DNA of 64,000 bases from Acidobacteriota bacterium (lineage in GTDB: Bacteria; Acidobacteriota; Thermoanaerobaculia; Multivoradales; Multivoraceae). Below, piece by piece: positions 62,867-64,000 of this stretch (position 1 is its first letter; every line of letters starts with the position of its first letter). The translations under genes and the position numbers were made by a program. Under the pieces are notes generated by a model. The model was not told the DNA's origin. It searched no databases and was given only the letters and a program-made list of their open reading frames with translations. The stretch covers positions 3,651-67,650 of the forward strand of contig JBCCLJ010000007.1 of NCBI GenBank assembly GCA_039026915.1, in the 5' to 3' direction.

Positions 62867-63316
62867 ATGAACCCGACCCCGTCACGCACGATCCGCGTCC
62901 AGACCACGGCGCAGAGCGGCTTCACACTGCTCGAGCTGATCATCGTGGTCTCGCTGATCGGCATTCTTGCGGCGATCGTGCTGCCGAACCTGATCGACAA
63001 GCCGACGCGAGCCAAGGAGGCCGTGCTCAAGCAGAACCTGCGGACGATGCGCGACGCGTTGGACCAGTTCTACGCCGACAAGGGCAAGTATCCAGGCGAT
63101 CTCCAGGAGCTGGTCGAGTCCAACTACCTGCGCTCGATGCCGCTCGACCCGATCACCGGCAGCCAGGAGACCTGGATCGCGGTCTACGAAGAAGCGGGCG
63201 AGGAAGAGAGCGAAGACTTCTACGAAGAAGGCGAGAGCGAGCCCGGAATTGTCGACGTGAAGTCGGGATCCGAGCTGGCCACCCTCAACGGTGAGGGTTT
63301 CTACAGCGAATGGTGA
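62867..63316 (+). CDS. gspG: Type II secretion major pseudopilin GspG
   Basis: AQSG|FTLLELIIVVSLIGILAAIVLPNL plus AKEAVLKQNLRTMRDALDQFYADKGKYP and YLRSMPLDPITG are GspG hallmarks. I set the start at the ATG at 62867, preceded by a GGAGAG Shine-Dalgarno. Confidence 0.8.
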   Translation: MNPTPSRTIRVQTTAQSGFTLLELIIVVSLIGILAAIVLPNLIDKPTRAKEAVLKQNLRTMRDALDQFYADKGKYPGDLQELVESNYLRSMPLDPITGSQETWIAVYEEAGEEESEDFYEEGESEPGIVDVKSGSELATLNGEGFYSEW

Positions 63317-64000
63317 CCCCCGCAGGCGGGCCGCGACGTCGCGTGGGAGAGGAGGGCTACAACCTCGTCGTCCTGACGCTGATCGTGCTCTTGATGAGCG
63401 TCGCTCTCTCGCTGGCGTTGCCGGCGTGGTCGGCTCAGGCCAAGCGCGAGAAGGAGCAGGAGCTGATCTTTCGCGGCCTGCAGTACGCGGAGGCGGTGCG
63501 GGTCTTTCAGGCTCGCCACGGTCGACTGCCGACGACGCTCGAAGAGCTGGTCGAGGTCGAGCCCCGCAGCATCCGTCAGCTCTTCCCAGAGCCGATGTCG
63601 GAGAACGGCAAGTGGGGACTGCTCGTGCAGTCTCAGACGCCGCGAGGCCAGGGGCGCGGCCGCCGCGGACGCGGGCGCGGTCAGCAGCCGAATCAGCAGG
63701 GGCAGGAGGGCGCCGCCCCTGGAGGAGGGGCGAACGCCGGTGCTGGCGGAGGAGAAGCTGGCGAGGCGGGTGCTCCCGGCGAGGGCGCACAGCCCGACGG
63801 GGGCGGCGCGCAAGCCGGCGGCCAGCAGTCCGGTGGGTCACAGGCCTTTCCCGAAGGCAATGCAGCGGTCAATCCCTTGCTCGGCGGTGGCGGTGGCAAC
63901 CGGATGAACGTCGTCAAAGTTCCGCCGAGTCAGGGCACCGAGGAAGGCTTCGGTCGGCGCAGCAACGTGACCGCTGGCCCGATCGTCGGCGTCTACAGCG
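63313..64000 (+). CDS. Minor pseudopilin (GspH/I/J/K-like) with a Gly/Gln/Ala-rich low-complexity region; 3' end truncated by the window
   Basis: My own translation from the GTG at 63313 (overlapping the gspG stop, GTGA) gives ...GEEG|YNLVVLTLIVLLMSVALSLALPAW..., a prepilin-type N-terminus. It continues open to the window end and is not in the ORF track because no stop is present. Confidence 0.5.
   Translation, partial: MTPAGGPRRRVGEEGYNLVVLTLIVLLMSVALSLALPAWSAQAKREKEQELIFRGLQYAEAVRVFQARHGRLPTTLEELVEVEPRSIRQLFPEPMSENGKWGLLVQSQTPRGQGRGRRGRGRGQQPNQQGQEGAAPGGGANAGAGGGEAGEAGAPGEGAQPDGGGAQAGGQQSGGSQAFPEGNAAVNPLLGGGGGNRMNVVKVPPSQGTEEGFGRRSNVTAGPIVGVYS

Noticed and set aside
62882-63841. A 319-aa minus-strand ORF
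   Set aside because: It is antisense to the gspG and pseudopilin genes. Its composition is Arg/Pro-rich.
1-64000. CRISPR arrays, IS elements, integrases, phage genes, rRNA and tRNA genes
   Set aside because: I saw no direct-repeat/spacer periodicity, no transposase or integrase-like ORFs, and no tRNA-like cloverleaves. The window looks like core chromosome with an accessory-like glycosylation island, not a mobile element.

Overview
This is a 64 kb high-GC (about 68-70%) chromosomal segment from a Gram-negative bacterium. The gene content is compatible with Acidobacteriota or Myxococcota, but I cannot place it more precisely. Coding density is very high, and on almost every locus the strand opposite a real gene carries a long shadow ORF, so many track ORFs are artefacts. 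Genes I can support, in order: a secreted TPR protein (3' end cut by the window), a DUF4388 protein, and an exbB-exbD-exbD-tonB operon. Next come ruvC and yebC, divergent from folC, then rpiB and an acyl-CoA carboxylase carboxyltransferase beta subunit. These are followed by a TldD/PmbA peptidase pair, a TPR protein, a hypothetical protein, and selA, whose stop overlaps the start of a sigma-54 (NtrC/PilR-like) response regulator. A long minus-strand type IV pilus block follows: pilD, a PAS sensor kinase, and the minor-pilin operon fimT/fimU-pilV-pilW-pilX-pilY1, with two paralogous secreted proteins flanking pilY1. After that there is a monocistronic pilin gene with a sigma-54 promoter match and an intrinsic terminator, bracketed by two paralogous secreted M20 peptidases. 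The pilin sits next to a putative glycosylation island: two paralogous GT-C-like membrane proteins, an esterase-Fn3 protein, a UbiA-family decaprenyl-phosphate phosphoribosyltransferase homolog, and three tandem YfhO-like membrane proteins, the first frameshifted. Then come accC plus BCCP, the lipid A/Kdo genes lpxL-like, lpxK and waaA, and an ECF sigma/anti-sigma pair. The pair heads a T2SS-like cluster in non-canonical order: gspF, gspE, PilM/N/O/P-like, a lipoprotein-TPR secretin with a cohesin-like C-terminal extension, two GspG pseudopilins, and a further pseudopilin cut by the window end. The most interesting candidate for an undescribed system is the pilin-linked M20 peptidase, GT-C, UbiA and YfhO island. 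It suggests lipid-linked pentose glycosylation of a sigma-54-dependent pilin, by analogy with TfpW/DPA pilin arabinosylation in Pseudomonas.
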